IMG/VR virus record: IMGVR_UViG_3300042342_001499
Length of the DNA stretch: 64,000 nt
DNA from: an uncultured virus (IMG/VR IMGVR_UViG_3300042342_001499)
Lineage: Duplodnaviria > Heunggongvirae > Uroviricota > Caudoviricetes
Reading direction: 5' to 3' (one strand)
Positions 1 to 10,655 of the stretch are shown one piece after another (the stretch's first letter is position 1; every line of letters starts with the position of its first letter). A model generated the notes under the pieces. That model saw only the letters and a list, made by a program, of their open reading frames with translations. It had not been told where the DNA came from and did not search any database. The translations under genes and the position numbers were made by a program.

Positions 1-1210
1 CTCCTTTTGCTCCTTTTTGGAATTTAGAAATTGAATCCGATATTTTAGCAGGAATGTTAATTAGTGCATCTATCCCTTTTGTTATCCCGCTACCAACTTC
101 TAACAAAGACTTAAATAACCATGTAAACATTGAACTTAATATTGCAGGGGCTACAGTAGCAAAAACTGTTGTTGCAACTTTACCCATTCCCTCTGCTGCT
201 GCGTGGGATAATGATATGCCAGCTTTTTTTAAAGCATGCATTCCTAAATCCTCAATTCCTTTTTCTATAGCTGCTCCCGGTGCTTTTAAAAATCCTTTCA
301 GTGTCATTTTAGCGGAAGTGTTAGTTGCAACTGCTCTTGCGCCAGCACTAGGATCAACTAATCCTCCTGCTCCTGTTATAACATCATTTATTCCCAATAG
401 AAGTAACAAAGTACCAACCAAACCCTCAGGAAGAGCCGTAGCTAAAGCAGTATAAAATTTCTGCTCCGGACTAATACCGCCTTTACCAAATGCTTTAATT
501 GCACCGTCGTATTTGTGCCATCCCTCATATAGGTGAATACCTCCAGAAATCATCTGACATAGACCGCCAATTGGTATAAGTAATGCTCCAAGACCAGTTG
601 CAGATGCACCAGCTCCAGCTATACCAAGAACTGCAGAAAGTATACTAAATACTAGTGCGGCCCATTCTAAGAATGTCATTCCTTGTACGAATTTTACTAC
701 TGCATTTCCGCAAGATTTTAAAAAGCTCCAAGCTTTCTCTGCTCCGTAAGATATTGCTTTACCTGCTGATTTTATAATCTTTTCGCCTTTATCCCAGGCA
801 TTACCTGCTGATTTTTTTAAATTTCCCCAAGCTTTATGGATATCATCCATGGTAAGCCATTCGTTTATTTTATTGAATGTTATCTTCTCTATTAAAAATC
901 CTTCCCCGTCTTTAATAACAAGTGCATGTGTACCACAATCTAAATAATCAGAATTACCAATCCCAGCTCCTTCAAACCAATGTGATTTTGCTTCGTAAAG
1001 CATAGAGCATTCATAAAAAGCAAAAGAATTCTCTAAAAGAGACTCGTCAATATATCCCTCACTTTCTAAAAGAAAGTCGGAGAAGTAATTTTTAAATTCT
1101 TGAAATGAATATTTTGCTTGTGATTTATTTTCTTGTAAAGAAAAAAGGTCGTCATAGTCTATCCCCATATTTCTTAAGTGAAAAGACTGAAAAGATTCTA
1201 TATAACTCAT
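1..1210 (-). CDS. Large hydrophobic, Gly/Ala-rich putative virion (internal/ejected) protein, runs off the left edge
   Basis: Not in the ORF track because it has no stop in the window. Open frame from ATG at 1210 (MSYIESFQSFHLRNMG...), acidic N-terminus with LLES/INE motifs, then hydrophobic helices (WAALVFSILSAVLGIAGAG). GGATATATAG box at 1231-1240. Confidence 0.6.
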   Translation of the reverse strand, partial: MSYIESFQSFHLRNMGIDYDDLFSLQENKSQAKYSFQEFKNYFSDFLLESEGYIDESLLENSFAFYECSMLYEAKSHWFEGAGIGNSDYLDCGTHALVIKDGEGFLIEKITFNKINEWLTMDDIHKAWGNLKKSAGNAWDKGEKIIKSAGKAISYGAEKAWSFLKSCGNAVVKFVQGMTFLEWAALVFSILSAVLGIAGAGASATGLGALLIPIGGLCQMISGGIHLYEGWHKYDGAIKAFGKGGISPEQKFYTALATALPEGLVGTLLLLLGINDVITGAGGLVDPSAGARAVATNTSAKMTLKGFLKAPGAAIEKGIEDLGMHALKKAGISLSHAAAEGMGKVATTVFATVAPAILSSMFTWLFKSLLEVGSGITKGIDALINIPAKISDSISKFQKGAKG

Positions 1211-1252
1211 AATTTTGTAAATAATATAAACTATATATCCAATTTAAAAATA

Positions 1253-2119
1253 TTATCCAAGATAAGATTTTAGTAATTTGCTTCTTGTAGAAACCCTGAG
1301 CTTCTTAATGCTCTTCTCTTTTATCTGTCTTGCACGTTCTCTAGAGATCTCTAATTTGTTTCCAATCTCATCTAAAGATATTGGACATATATGATCTATT
1401 CCATAGAACATTTTAATTACATCTTTAGAACGGGGATCTAGTGTGCTAAGGCTCCTTTCTATTTCAATTTTTAATGATTCCTGTATTAACATTCTGTCTG
1501 CTAAAGGAGAATCATTATTAACCAATACTTCAAGCATAGACGAAGAATCTTCGTTACCGCCTAAAGGTGCATCAATAGATGAAGATTTTAATGATGCGGT
1601 AATAGTCTCGGAAACTTTACATTCTAATATATTTAATGCAGCAGAAATCTCTTCGTGTGTAGGCATTCTTTCTAAATCCTGTTCCAATTTACATACTACC
1701 TTATTTATTTTTCCTAATACACCTACTTGGTTCAGCGGCATTCTTATTATTCTTGATTTTTCAGAAAGAGCTTCTAGTATAGATTGTCTGATCCACCAAA
1801 CAGCATATGAAATAAATTTGAATCCCCTAGTTTCGTCGAATTTTTTAGCAGCTTTTATTAAACCCACATTACCCTCGTTTATAATATCTATTAAAGGTAA
1901 TCCCTGATTCTGATATTGTTTAGCAACAGATACGACAAATCTTAAATTTGCTTTAGTTAGCTTCTGTAAAGCATCTTGGTCTCCATTCCTAATTTTTCTT
2001 GCTAATATTGTTTCTTCCTCTGCTGTAATCATCTCTTCTTTTGAAATATCACTCAGATATTTCTCCAAAGACTTATCCGCACGATTAGTAATGGATTGTC
2101 CGATTTTAAGTTGTCTCAT
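1253..2119 (-). CDS. rpoD: RNA polymerase sigma-70 factor, Bacteroidota primary-sigma type
   Basis: MRQLKI..ITNR..SLEKYL N-terminus, NLRFVVSVAKQYQ, GFKFISYAVWWIRQSI (region 2), SRERARQI (region 4.2). No region 1.1. Confidence 0.93.
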   Translation of the reverse strand: MRQLKIGQSITNRADKSLEKYLSDISKEEMITAEEETILARKIRNGDQDALQKLTKANLRFVVSVAKQYQNQGLPLIDIINEGNVGLIKAAKKFDETRGFKFISYAVWWIRQSILEALSEKSRIIRMPLNQVGVLGKINKVVCKLEQDLERMPTHEEISAALNILECKVSETITASLKSSSIDAPLGGNEDSSSMLEVLVNNDSPLADRMLIQESLKIEIERSLSTLDPRSKDVIKMFYGIDHICPISLDEIGNKLEISRERARQIKEKSIKKLRVSTRSKLLKSYLG

Positions 2120-2146
2120 TTATAAGGTTTTAAAAGTTTATAAACG

Positions 2147-2183
2147 CTAAAGTAGAAAATTCTTATTTTATAAAAAAATGATT
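2147..2183 (-). promoter_or_regulatory. Early-type promoter of the sigma gene (AATCAT-N23-TACTTTAG)
   Basis: Same motif and 23-nt spacing as the promoter family of the 34-63 kb region. Confidence 0.75.
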
Positions 2184-2223
2184 CTTCTATCTTTCGAAAT
2201 CGCACAAAAATAAAAGAGTGATT

Positions 2224-3066
2224 CTATTTAATTGCTTCACAAATTCCGCCATCGGAATAAGTTTGATATCCCCGACTTTGAAACCAGTTATAAATTTCTT
2301 CTTTTTTATCCTGTGTTAAATTATAATCTTCAAATATGATAAGATCTGGCAATTTAATCTTGGATTCATCTATACTCATAATCAGCTCAGCATCTAGTCC
2401 TTCCACATCTAAATGTAGCCAATCAATATGCCCTTTGCATTCATTCATAATTAAATCAGTAATACTAATTGATTTTCTTTTCGAAGAACTAATTTCTTCA
2501 GTCTCCCAATGTCTGATAACATTCTCGACAATCGTATTAGTGTATCCCGCGCCTCCTTCAAAAAACTCAACGTCCTCTCCGTTGGTAGTTACTAATTCCT
2601 GTACTGTTTTAACTAGAGAATTATTCTTGTAGTTATTCTTTAATCTATTATATTGTTTATCTGAAGCTTCGACCAGTATAATCTCACACTCTCTTTTTTC
2701 GACAATTGGTACCCATTCTCCAAACTCGCCGTCATGAGTTCCTATAACAAGTCCTCTTGGAAATTTTCCTGCTGATATAATGCTCTTATTAAATATGTAT
2801 AGAGATTTATAAAAATGATTTCCATGCTCCATAATGTCCCATTCTTTTTTATAAACTAGCCTATCTGTGCTATCACATATCTCAACATCGAACATTTCAG
2901 TATTAGGGAAAGTAGCAAACCAATTATCATTTAGCTCGGTTGACCATTGTTCTTCACCACTTACATGTTTTTTTATTTTTAATCTTAGGGGTAAATTTTT
3001 ATTGTATTTACTAATTTCACCTACATTAACTTTAATACCATCAGTGTTATATGTTACAGTAATCAT
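2224..3066 (-). CDS. FkbM-family methyltransferase
   Basis: IGTHDG, LVEAS and WLHLDVEG motifs; sugar-cluster context. Confidence 0.75.
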   Translation of the reverse strand: MITVTYNTDGIKVNVGEISKYNKNLPLRLKIKKHVSGEEQWSTELNDNWFATFPNTEMFDVEICDSTDRLVYKKEWDIMEHGNHFYKSLYIFNKSIISAGKFPRGLVIGTHDGEFGEWVPIVEKRECEIILVEASDKQYNRLKNNYKNNSLVKTVQELVTTNGEDVEFFEGGAGYTNTIVENVIRHWETEEISSSKRKSISITDLIMNECKGHIDWLHLDVEGLDAELIMSIDESKIKLPDLIIFEDYNLTQDKKEEIYNWFQSRGYQTYSDGGICEAIK

Positions 3067-3611
3067 TTTTTATGTTTTTTAATGAAATAATTTATGTCTT
3101 GACTCCACATTATCATAGCATTTTCTTTTATCTTAGTTTCGGTCCAATCCCACCAAGCTATGTCTAATAAGTCAATTATCTGCTGATCTTCAAATCTATA
3201 CTTTAAATGCTTTGCTGGGTTTCCTCCTACAACTGAATATGGCTCAACATCTTTTGTGACTAAAGAACCAGCAGCAACAATTGATCCGTGTCCAATCCTA
3301 ACACCGGACATTATAGTTGATTTAGCGCCAATCCAGACATCACTTCCTATTGTTATATCTCCCTTACAAGAAGGATGTCCCATTCCCATGTGCATTTCTG
3401 CAATCTCATTAGTAACCGGTCCTAGAAGCTGTGAACTTGTTGTTATCCAATCAGATCTATGATTAGCATGTAAAAAGAAATTACAATCCCTACCTATTGA
3501 ACAATACTTTCCAACATTGATCTTGTATTCATCGCTCCAAGAAATTATATTGACATTTCGATCAAAATAAGTTCCTCTGTCCGCATTCCATAAATGTATA
3601 TTTTCTATCAT
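3063..3611 (-). CDS. CatB/Vat-like hexapeptide-repeat O-acetyltransferase
   Basis: VGKYCSIG, KGDITIGSDVWIG, VTKDVEPYSVVGGNPAK, IAWWDW. Confidence 0.88.
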   Translation of the reverse strand: MIENIHLWNADRGTYFDRNVNIISWSDEYKINVGKYCSIGRDCNFFLHANHRSDWITTSSQLLGPVTNEIAEMHMGMGHPSCKGDITIGSDVWIGAKSTIMSGVRIGHGSIVAAGSLVTKDVEPYSVVGGNPAKHLKYRFEDQQIIDLLDIAWWDWTETKIKENAMIMWSQDINYFIKKHKK

Positions 3612-5473
3612 GATATCTCTAATAAATTGTTATATATTTTTACTCTGCTGTTTGTTTTAACTATTTCAACTATATACCTTCTATCTGTTAATTCTATATC
3701 TGATATGTAAAATAACCAATATTGAAATAAGTTCTGATTTTTTAAAGATTCTACCACCTTTCCGTCGATTGTTTTAATAATAAAATCGACATTCTCATTA
3801 ATTTTTTTAGTGCTCAAGAAAGAATTTTTATCGAATGAGATGCTGTTGTCTTTATAGTAAACCAAAATCTCCTCGCAATCAATTACAGAGTTGCCATAAT
3901 CACCTTGGATGTTTTTATACTGCCAATCATGTTTTAATCCATGAAAGCAAAATACATCATTCTGATGACTAGGTAATATTAAATGCTCCGAAAGTTCAGT
4001 TGCATGGAAAGGATGATTCATATCTGTAAATTTAGACATGTTAATGTTTGATGATTCCTCTATATCACATAAATGTAATGATTTATTTAAACCATATTTT
4101 GATAAAATAACATTCGCTGAATCCTCATCATGTAATGTAAAAATACCGGGTCTGCTATCCTTATACTCCTCATACATTTGTAGTTGTTCTTTAAAAAACC
4201 ATTCGGAGTTTTTGTCGAATAACATTACGTTTGTTTTTCTTCTAGGAAATACAGTAACTTCTACGTTTGCTGCTTCTGCTAAAATATCAACAGTACTAGT
4301 CCAGTCTTCACCATCGATTATATTACACAAATACAATCTATCATGAGTGTGTTGATTAATTAGAGGATAATTTTCGAGTTGATTAAAATATGATGCGAAG
4401 TCGTCAGAAGCTGTTGTTAAATACACATCACTATCAATGAATATAAATTTCTTATCCGGTAAGAAATTAATAACATCCACCATTAATCTTGGCTTACAAC
4501 TAATGATATTTTCATCCCTTCCTCTTGAATCTTTCTTTCCTGATTCTATGTCAATTCTTTTAAAGATAAATTGATCACTGGTTAAGAATTTATTTGGTAT
4601 GTTGTAATCAAAATTAATAGAGTAAATTATACATTTTCTATTGGAGTATTTATTTATTGAATCCATTAAGAATGAAATTGTATGGGAATAATTTTCCGTA
4701 AACCCAAACACCCAATAAAAATCGCCAATAAACTTCTTGTCGTATCGTCCAAAGATCTTATTTTCGACTTTTTGAAAAATTGTGTGATCTTTTCTAATGA
4801 AATGATAGAGATGCTTTTCTACATCACCAACTATTAATTTACCTCCACTCCAACAAACATCATAGGTGTTCTTACCTCCATTTTCGGATTCACAATTCAT
4901 TGAATTGAAGATCTTGACCTTGTATTTTTCTTTAGCCAAATCACTTAAAGTATGTTCTTCGTAACACTCAACGTTATCACTTAACATACATCCAATATAA
5001 TCACCTTTTTTATAAAGATCTCGTAAATCTTGAGTATTTTTTATAATTAAAAATGGACCTGCTAATCTATTATGGAAAGTTTCTTCGCCAATAGTAATAA
5101 AATCATAATGATTCAAATATGGTTTTACTCCATTATAGACATCACCGAATAAAGTATCGATATCGTAACAACCGAAATAATCATAATCTACAAGATATTC
5201 CTCAAATATATCACCGAAAGCTGCCTTTAGATCGCAAGTTTTTTTATTATTCGATATCTTAATATTATAGTTTAATTTACCAGACAGTCTTATTTCAATA
5301 TCATCCTTTGTTGTATTAACTACTGTATAGTTTTTAGAATCTAATTTAATATCTTGATCAGTGAATAATATAAAGTCAAACCCAATAATATCTTTCGTGG
5401 TTTCATAATGAAACCAAAAGTAGTCTGGTATTTTACCAAACCAAACTTGTATTAAAACTATTTTATTATTCAT
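3608..5473 (-). CDS. Two-domain glycosyltransferase-like protein (DUF6625-like plus GT-A with DSD)
   Basis: WFGKIPDYF, CDLKAAFG.IF, GCYDIDTLFG in the N-half; CKP and FIFIDSD in the C-half. Confidence 0.65.
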   Translation of the reverse strand: MNNKIVLIQVWFGKIPDYFWFHYETTKDIIGFDFILFTDQDIKLDSKNYTVVNTTKDDIEIRLSGKLNYNIKISNNKKTCDLKAAFGDIFEEYLVDYDYFGCYDIDTLFGDVYNGVKPYLNHYDFITIGEETFHNRLAGPFLIIKNTQDLRDLYKKGDYIGCMLSDNVECYEEHTLSDLAKEKYKVKIFNSMNCESENGGKNTYDVCWSGGKLIVGDVEKHLYHFIRKDHTIFQKVENKIFGRYDKKFIGDFYWVFGFTENYSHTISFLMDSINKYSNRKCIIYSINFDYNIPNKFLTSDQFIFKRIDIESGKKDSRGRDENIISCKPRLMVDVINFLPDKKFIFIDSDVYLTTASDDFASYFNQLENYPLINQHTHDRLYLCNIIDGEDWTSTVDILAEAANVEVTVFPRRKTNVMLFDKNSEWFFKEQLQMYEEYKDSRPGIFTLHDEDSANVILSKYGLNKSLHLCDIEESSNINMSKFTDMNHPFHATELSEHLILPSHQNDVFCFHGLKHDWQYKNIQGDYGNSVIDCEEILVYYKDNSISFDKNSFLSTKKINENVDFIIKTIDGKVVESLKNQNLFQYWLFYISDIELTDRRYIVEIVKTNSRVKIYNNLLEIS

Positions 5474-6383
5474 TTTTTAAAATTTTATTTTCCCAATATT
5501 TTATAAATTCATCAATAGTTCTACCATCTCGTTTTTCTAATTCTAATAAATTATCTTTAACTAACCCAATTGTTTGTTCAGCCCATTTAATATCATTCAT
5601 ACCATAAGCAACCCCGCACATCTGAATTGGATTTTGTAATCGATATTCAATAGGTGTAATATCTTTATTTGGATTTAGTATTATACTTTTAGCCCCGCAT
5701 AATGTAGCTGCGGTAGTATAATAACTTTTATCGTCAAATGTTAAAACATATTCATATTTATTAAATTCATCTAACAAATAATCTAGATCCTTTTTTCCAT
5801 TATAATGTGGTATATCTGTTGACCCTAAATGATTTAAAAATTCTATTCCCCAATCAGGTGTATTTTTATGTATAATATGTCCGAATCCTTTTCGACGCGG
5901 GTTATTAGTATTATAAAATTTATCAAAATTATAATCAAAAACGGTCAATGGAAGTTGTTTGGCCCCTTCAGGTACTTTGAAGGTACCATAATTAAAAATA
6001 ACATCATCAACATTAAATGTATCCCATTGTTCTTGTGAATAATCATGTAATATCCATCTAGAATTGTACATAGTATTAAATTGATTACCATATGTTGTTT
6101 GTGGTGAAATGGATATTGTTCTACTTAAATTGAAATTAAATCCTTCCCATGTAAAATTGTTTCTCCACCCATCATCAAAAATTTCTGAGACATGTGTTGG
6201 TATAACCTCAATATTCTCGTGATTATATTTTGGGTTATTAAACACATAAACATGATGCCCCTTTAAAGCTATCTCATATGCTAATTTATGTAAAGCAAAA
6301 GATGCTCCTTTATTTTCTAACCCGATTGAAATCATCGTGTTAACTATAAAAGTTAATTTATTTTCACTACTCTTTAATAACAT
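5466..6383 (-). CDS. Putative glycosyltransferase (WavQ-like/GT-B-like)
   Basis: GASFALHKLA, YYTTAATLCGAKSI, GVAYG patterns; cluster context. Confidence 0.5.
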   Translation of the reverse strand: MLLKSSENKLTFIVNTMISIGLENKGASFALHKLAYEIALKGHHVYVFNNPKYNHENIEVIPTHVSEIFDDGWRNNFTWEGFNFNLSRTISISPQTTYGNQFNTMYNSRWILHDYSQEQWDTFNVDDVIFNYGTFKVPEGAKQLPLTVFDYNFDKFYNTNNPRRKGFGHIIHKNTPDWGIEFLNHLGSTDIPHYNGKKDLDYLLDEFNKYEYVLTFDDKSYYTTAATLCGAKSIILNPNKDITPIEYRLQNPIQMCGVAYGMNDIKWAEQTIGLVKDNLLELEKRDGRTIDEFIKYWENKILKNE

Positions 6384-6384
6384 A

Positions 6385-6963
6385 TTATTTAATCATTTTT
6401 GTAGGACAACCTACGTAAATTCCGGGTTCTCCAATATGTTTAACAACCGCACTATTCATACCAATTGTGGATAAACTATGAATTGATAATTTTTCTCTTA
6501 TAGATGAGTTATTACCCATATAAACACAATCAAATATTTTAACATTACCAGAAACAATCGCACCCGGCATAGCACTAAAGTAATCTCCTATTTCACAATC
6601 ATGTCCAATGTGATTACCTCTATTTAGAATTGCGTGTTTACCTATCTTTATATTTGTAGTTAAAATTGAATAAGCACCAATAAAACTCCCATCACCTATT
6701 TCAATATTTTCATCCATAATTAAAGCCGTTGGATGAACCCAGCTGAAATATTTTGTTTCTTTAGGTAATCTTTGGGTAATATCAAATCGGTCTTTTGAAT
6801 TAGAAACAGCAACCATTACATCATATTCATTAGGATCAAACTCAGATATTCGATTTGTCCCGTACACAACATATTCGTCGTCAACAAAACAAGTTAATTT
6901 AGCACCCATTTGAGCCATGACTTCTCTTGCGTGTCCACCATATCCGATTAATGCCCTTTTCAT
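6385..6963 (-). CDS. PglD/NeuD-family sugar acetyltransferase
   Basis: IGYGGHARE, HPTA, IGHDC and hexapeptide repeats. Confidence 0.88.
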   Translation of the reverse strand: MKRALIGYGGHAREVMAQMGAKLTCFVDDEYVVYGTNRISEFDPNEYDVMVAVSNSKDRFDITQRLPKETKYFSWVHPTALIMDENIEIGDGSFIGAYSILTTNIKIGKHAILNRGNHIGHDCEIGDYFSAMPGAIVSGNVKIFDCVYMGNNSSIREKLSIHSLSTIGMNSAVVKHIGEPGIYVGCPTKMIK

Positions 6964-7664
6964 TTCTTCTGAATAATAATTTTAATGTTATCGTGAGTAT
7001 CGTAGTGAGCACCAATCAATTTCCAATCAGTAACATTATTTAACACATGTTGATATACATGAGCTCCTTTACCGATCATTGGATATTTAATCACATCGTC
7101 AGCCCTTTGGCCATCGTTATGAAACCATTCAAGATAAGTACCTTGTCGATAATTATCATCGATTATTATAATACTTCCACTCTCCATTTTTGATTCGATT
7201 GATTTGAATTCTTCCCATCCATGTAACGCACTTGGTAACGGATTAAATAAATCAAAATCCCAACTATCTAAATGAACTAAATTTGGGATTTCTTCAAGCC
7301 CCTTTAGAAAAGAAACAGAATCATCAACGTGAATAGAGTAATCTAATCCCGGAATTGCATTTTTAAATATTGCTTTACTTTTTTCTGTAATATCTGGAAA
7401 TATATCAACTGAGATCATTTTACCTCCCGTTTTTTTTGCAACATAACCTAAAAATAAGCCAAATAACCCATCTCCATAACTTGAAGAAGCACCAGTCTCT
7501 AAAAAAATAATATTTTCAAATTTGAAGCTGTCATTTATTGAATCGATTAAAGTTTGACATTGTTTTCTTCGAGTTCCGTGTCCTACAGAATTATCATAAT
7601 CCTGTATTACTCCCCGCATATGATTTAGATAATCCAGGTATCCTTCTAAAAATAATTGTTTCAT
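6960..7664 (-). CDS. Class I SAM-dependent methyltransferase
   Basis: FLETGA, ISVDI, DSVSFL, HLDSWD, IIIDD. Confidence 0.7.
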   Translation of the reverse strand: MKQLFLEGYLDYLNHMRGVIQDYDNSVGHGTRRKQCQTLIDSINDSFKFENIIFLETGASSSYGDGLFGLFLGYVAKKTGGKMISVDIFPDITEKSKAIFKNAIPGLDYSIHVDDSVSFLKGLEEIPNLVHLDSWDFDLFNPLPSALHGWEEFKSIESKMESGSIIIIDDNYRQGTYLEWFHNDGQRADDVIKYPMIGKGAHVYQHVLNNVTDWKLIGAHYDTHDNIKIIIQKK

Positions 7665-7734
7665 TGATTATAAACTTTAAATTTTAATAAATCAGCTCCA
7701 TGATCGTACATAATATTATTAATATATTATTTTA

Positions 7735-8361
7735 TTATTTAATAAACCACCAAGTACCAAACCACTCTTTAGTTAAATTAGGAGTGTATCCATGTTTATT
7801 GCAAAACTCATCAACAGCAGTATTAACACCAAAAATCCCATTATATATTGGAGTACCATCTAATCTTGAGGTATAAATATATTTATCTTTCCCGTTCGGA
7901 GCAAAATTTGGGTCATTATACCAATCCATATTAATATAGTCATGTCCTGAAAAGATACCACCTTTTTTTAACTTTGGGAACCATAAACTAATGTCTTCAA
8001 CAACAAAATCATAAGCGTGATTAGCATCAATAAAAATAAAGTCTAATGACTCGTCTTGAAACATATCCGCAGCGATTTCTGAAGTTGATCTTACCATAAT
8101 ACCTTTATCCTCAAAACCTTTAATATTTTCCATAGTATCTTGATAAGCTTCCATATGATTTTTATGATTACTATCATCCTCATATTCATCACCCAATGGT
8201 CTCCAAACATCAACCATATAAAGGGTTCCTTCCCAGTTGTTTAAAATGTGTTTAGAAAATTCTCCTTTAAACACACCAATTTCAACTCCTTTACCGCTTG
8301 GAATTAATTTTTTTAAATCACTAATTAAATCATATCTATTATCGTATATAATATTATTCAT
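7735..8361 (-). CDS. Class I SAM methyltransferase (Methyltransf_24-like)
   Basis: VEIGVFKG, FIFIDANHAY, GGIFSGHDY. Confidence 0.85.
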   Translation of the reverse strand: MNNIIYDNRYDLISDLKKLIPSGKGVEIGVFKGEFSKHILNNWEGTLYMVDVWRPLGDEYEDDSNHKNHMEAYQDTMENIKGFEDKGIMVRSTSEIAADMFQDESLDFIFIDANHAYDFVVEDISLWFPKLKKGGIFSGHDYINMDWYNDPNFAPNGKDKYIYTSRLDGTPIYNGIFGVNTAVDEFCNKHGYTPNLTKEWFGTWWFIK

Positions 8362-8364
8362 ATA

Positions 8365-8991
8365 TTATTTTATTATTTTATTATTTTTGAATATCGTGAA
8401 TTCAGTTAAATCCCTATAGCCATTCAATTCGCTCATATCCGAATTATGTCTAGGATAATTTTGCATTAAACATAAACCATGTGCAGCTTCCTGTGGCGTC
8501 ATATACATATTCCAGCCAATCATATCGATATTATCATCCTTATAATATTTCTCACTTCTTCCCTCGTATCTTGCACGCTTAAACCAATCTGCTGCATCCT
8601 TATTATCTGTCAATATCATTCCTCCTTTACCTATAGGTAGCTGTTTCTTGATATGAAAAGAAAGACACATAAACGAACTGCTAATATACATGCTGGATGT
8701 TAATCTTTTTGCTGAGTCATAAATAGAATATGGCTTAAGTTGGTATTGGCCTACCCAGTGGTTTGTTTCCTGGTTAGTATCAAAAATGACATCACCTCCA
8801 GCATTTATTATGCTCATAGGCACAGAAAGGTATGTTTTTGATGGTATAGTAACACTACCAACATTTAGGTATTTACAACACAGAAAAATAGCACTAGTGC
8901 AGCTATCAACCGATACAGCGTAGGTTGATCCTGTATATTCAGCAATCTCCTCCTCAAACATCTGCACTATCTTATATGGATTATGTAGCAT
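8365..8991 (-). CDS. Short DegT/DnrJ/EryC1/StrS PLP aminotransferase
   Basis: FEEEIAEY, SCTSA, DSA, SFHIKK..GKGGMILT; only 208 aa. Confidence 0.8.
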   Translation of the reverse strand: MLHNPYKIVQMFEEEIAEYTGSTYAVSVDSCTSAIFLCCKYLNVGSVTIPSKTYLSVPMSIINAGGDVIFDTNQETNHWVGQYQLKPYSIYDSAKRLTSSMYISSSFMCLSFHIKKQLPIGKGGMILTDNKDAADWFKRARYEGRSEKYYKDDNIDMIGWNMYMTPQEAAHGLCLMQNYPRHNSDMSELNGYRDLTEFTIFKNNKIIK

Positions 8992-8993
8992 AA

Positions 8994-10655
8994 TTAATTT
9001 TTTTTTAGAATGTAAAATTTCTTTTCAAATCCACATGATTCAAAAAATCTAATACTCTCATAATTGTCCAATTTTATTTTAGCAAAAGCAGATTTCCAGA
9101 TTTCCATACATTCATTAACCATAAATCTACCAACACCCATTCTTTGAAAATCTGGATGCGTGCAGATCCTAATATCATCATCAATAACACCAATATACCC
9201 GGCAGGTGATCCATCAAATAATGCAACTCGATAATTTTTGCTGTGTACTTTCATATATTCGCTCTGCTCCTCTGCGCTTATATGTGATGTTTTAATAAAT
9301 CCATTAATAACCCTTTCGTCAAGTCTTAATAACCTAACAAATTCCCAATATGTCTCTGAGCATTGTACCAGTTTTATATTTTTTAATTTAACAAGCCAGC
9401 TTGAATCTGAAAATATTCTATCAGGTTTTCCAAAAAATTCATTAACTGCACGTATAACTCCAGGAGAATCTAAATTATAGTCATGACCGCAAATAATCGA
9501 TCCCGGACTCAGTCTTTTTAGTGAAGCCTCTATATCTTTTTTAATATAATCATACTCGTGATTTGCATCTATGTATATTACATCAAGCTCTGGTAGTTCT
9601 GGTAATGCACTCTCAGCATCCATTTTTAATTTGACTATATTCATACCCCTTGTTGCATCATCAAATTTGGTTTCTACTAGTCTGAAGCTATGATTTTTTT
9701 CTATATTCTCATACACGTTCAATTCATCTTCCCATATATCTATAGCGTACATTTTTCTTACCTTGCCTGATTTCATAAACATGCTGGTGCTTTCTCCAGC
9801 ATAACACCCAATCTCACCCATTATAATATTATCTGGTAAGGCTTTAATCAGATCAAGCAGTCCCTGTGTATTAGAGGAATTTCTCATTTCTATTATTTTC
9901 ATATCTTCATTATTATTGGTCCAGAAATCACAATCAAGCCATTCATCATTCACATTATGGCAATTCATTGAATCCTGTACGGTTCCTATTTTTTTAGCCT
10001 CCGAATTTATGAGACTAATTATATCGTCATCACTCTTATATTCTAGCATAGATGGAAAATTATATCTCGAATTTGTAATGGTATTTCTTCCCATTAAACC
10101 CAATTCCCTGACGGTGGTCATTCCCGTTCCTCCATTGAGGTTTATACTTACAAAGCATCTATCGTAATAGTTTTCTTTTAGTGTTTTAGGGGGAAGGTAC
10201 CCATATAGACTACCGGTATTTACATATATGATCTCGTAGTTTATTCTTTCTTGTATCCTGCATATCCTATCAAAATCAAATTCATTCTTTCTTGACTCGA
10301 ATCCAATATAACAATATATTTTATCACCTAACACGTTTGGTTTAAATTCTGAGTAATCTTTAAGCTCCAATTCTACATTCTTAATCTTATATCTTGTATT
10401 CTCTGGTAAGAATGGACTTCCTATAAGGATGATGCTGTCCGAGTATTCTATTCTTTCAAGGAATGTACAATCATATGGACTTATTGGATAGATAATCTTT
10501 AATCCTCTATGATTATTAATGATATCAACCTGCTCTATTCCAAGAAAGAAGCAGGGTTTATTTACATCATTATAATCGTCCAATTTCCATCTATCAAGGA
10601 ATCCTGGCTTAAAGAAGCCAAGGCATCCTGCAACGCTAGTTTGCTCTATTCTCAT
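8994..10655 (-). CDS. Fusion protein: GT-like domain + SAM methyltransferase + GNAT acetyltransferase
   Basis: EIGCYAGES, YIDANHEY, GHDY; C-terminal HPDFQRMGVG and N..SIRFFESCGF. Confidence 0.72.
   Translation of the reverse strand: MRIEQTSVAGCLGFFKPGFLDRWKLDDYNDVNKPCFFLGIEQVDIINNHRGLKIIYPISPYDCTFLERIEYSDSIILIGSPFLPENTRYKIKNVELELKDYSEFKPNVLGDKIYCYIGFESRKNEFDFDRICRIQERINYEIIYVNTGSLYGYLPPKTLKENYYDRCFVSINLNGGTGMTTVRELGLMGRNTITNSRYNFPSMLEYKSDDDIISLINSEAKKIGTVQDSMNCHNVNDEWLDCDFWTNNNEDMKIIEMRNSSNTQGLLDLIKALPDNIIMGEIGCYAGESTSMFMKSGKVRKMYAIDIWEDELNVYENIEKNHSFRLVETKFDDATRGMNIVKLKMDAESALPELPELDVIYIDANHEYDYIKKDIEASLKRLSPGSIICGHDYNLDSPGVIRAVNEFFGKPDRIFSDSSWLVKLKNIKLVQCSETYWEFVRLLRLDERVINGFIKTSHISAEEQSEYMKVHSKNYRVALFDGSPAGYIGVIDDDIRICTHPDFQRMGVGRFMVNECMEIWKSAFAKIKLDNYESIRFFESCGFEKKFYILKKN

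Noticed and set aside
54..455. Plus-strand ORF and the many other short antisense ORFs in the track (e.g. 1443, 18940, 51395, 58135, 60500)
   Set aside because: They are shadows of longer opposite-strand genes with recognisable motifs and have no promoter or leader signals.
3063..3611. Antibiotic resistance gene (catB/vat)
   Set aside because: The hexapeptide fold is shared with sugar O-acetyltransferases, and the gene is embedded in a glycan cluster.
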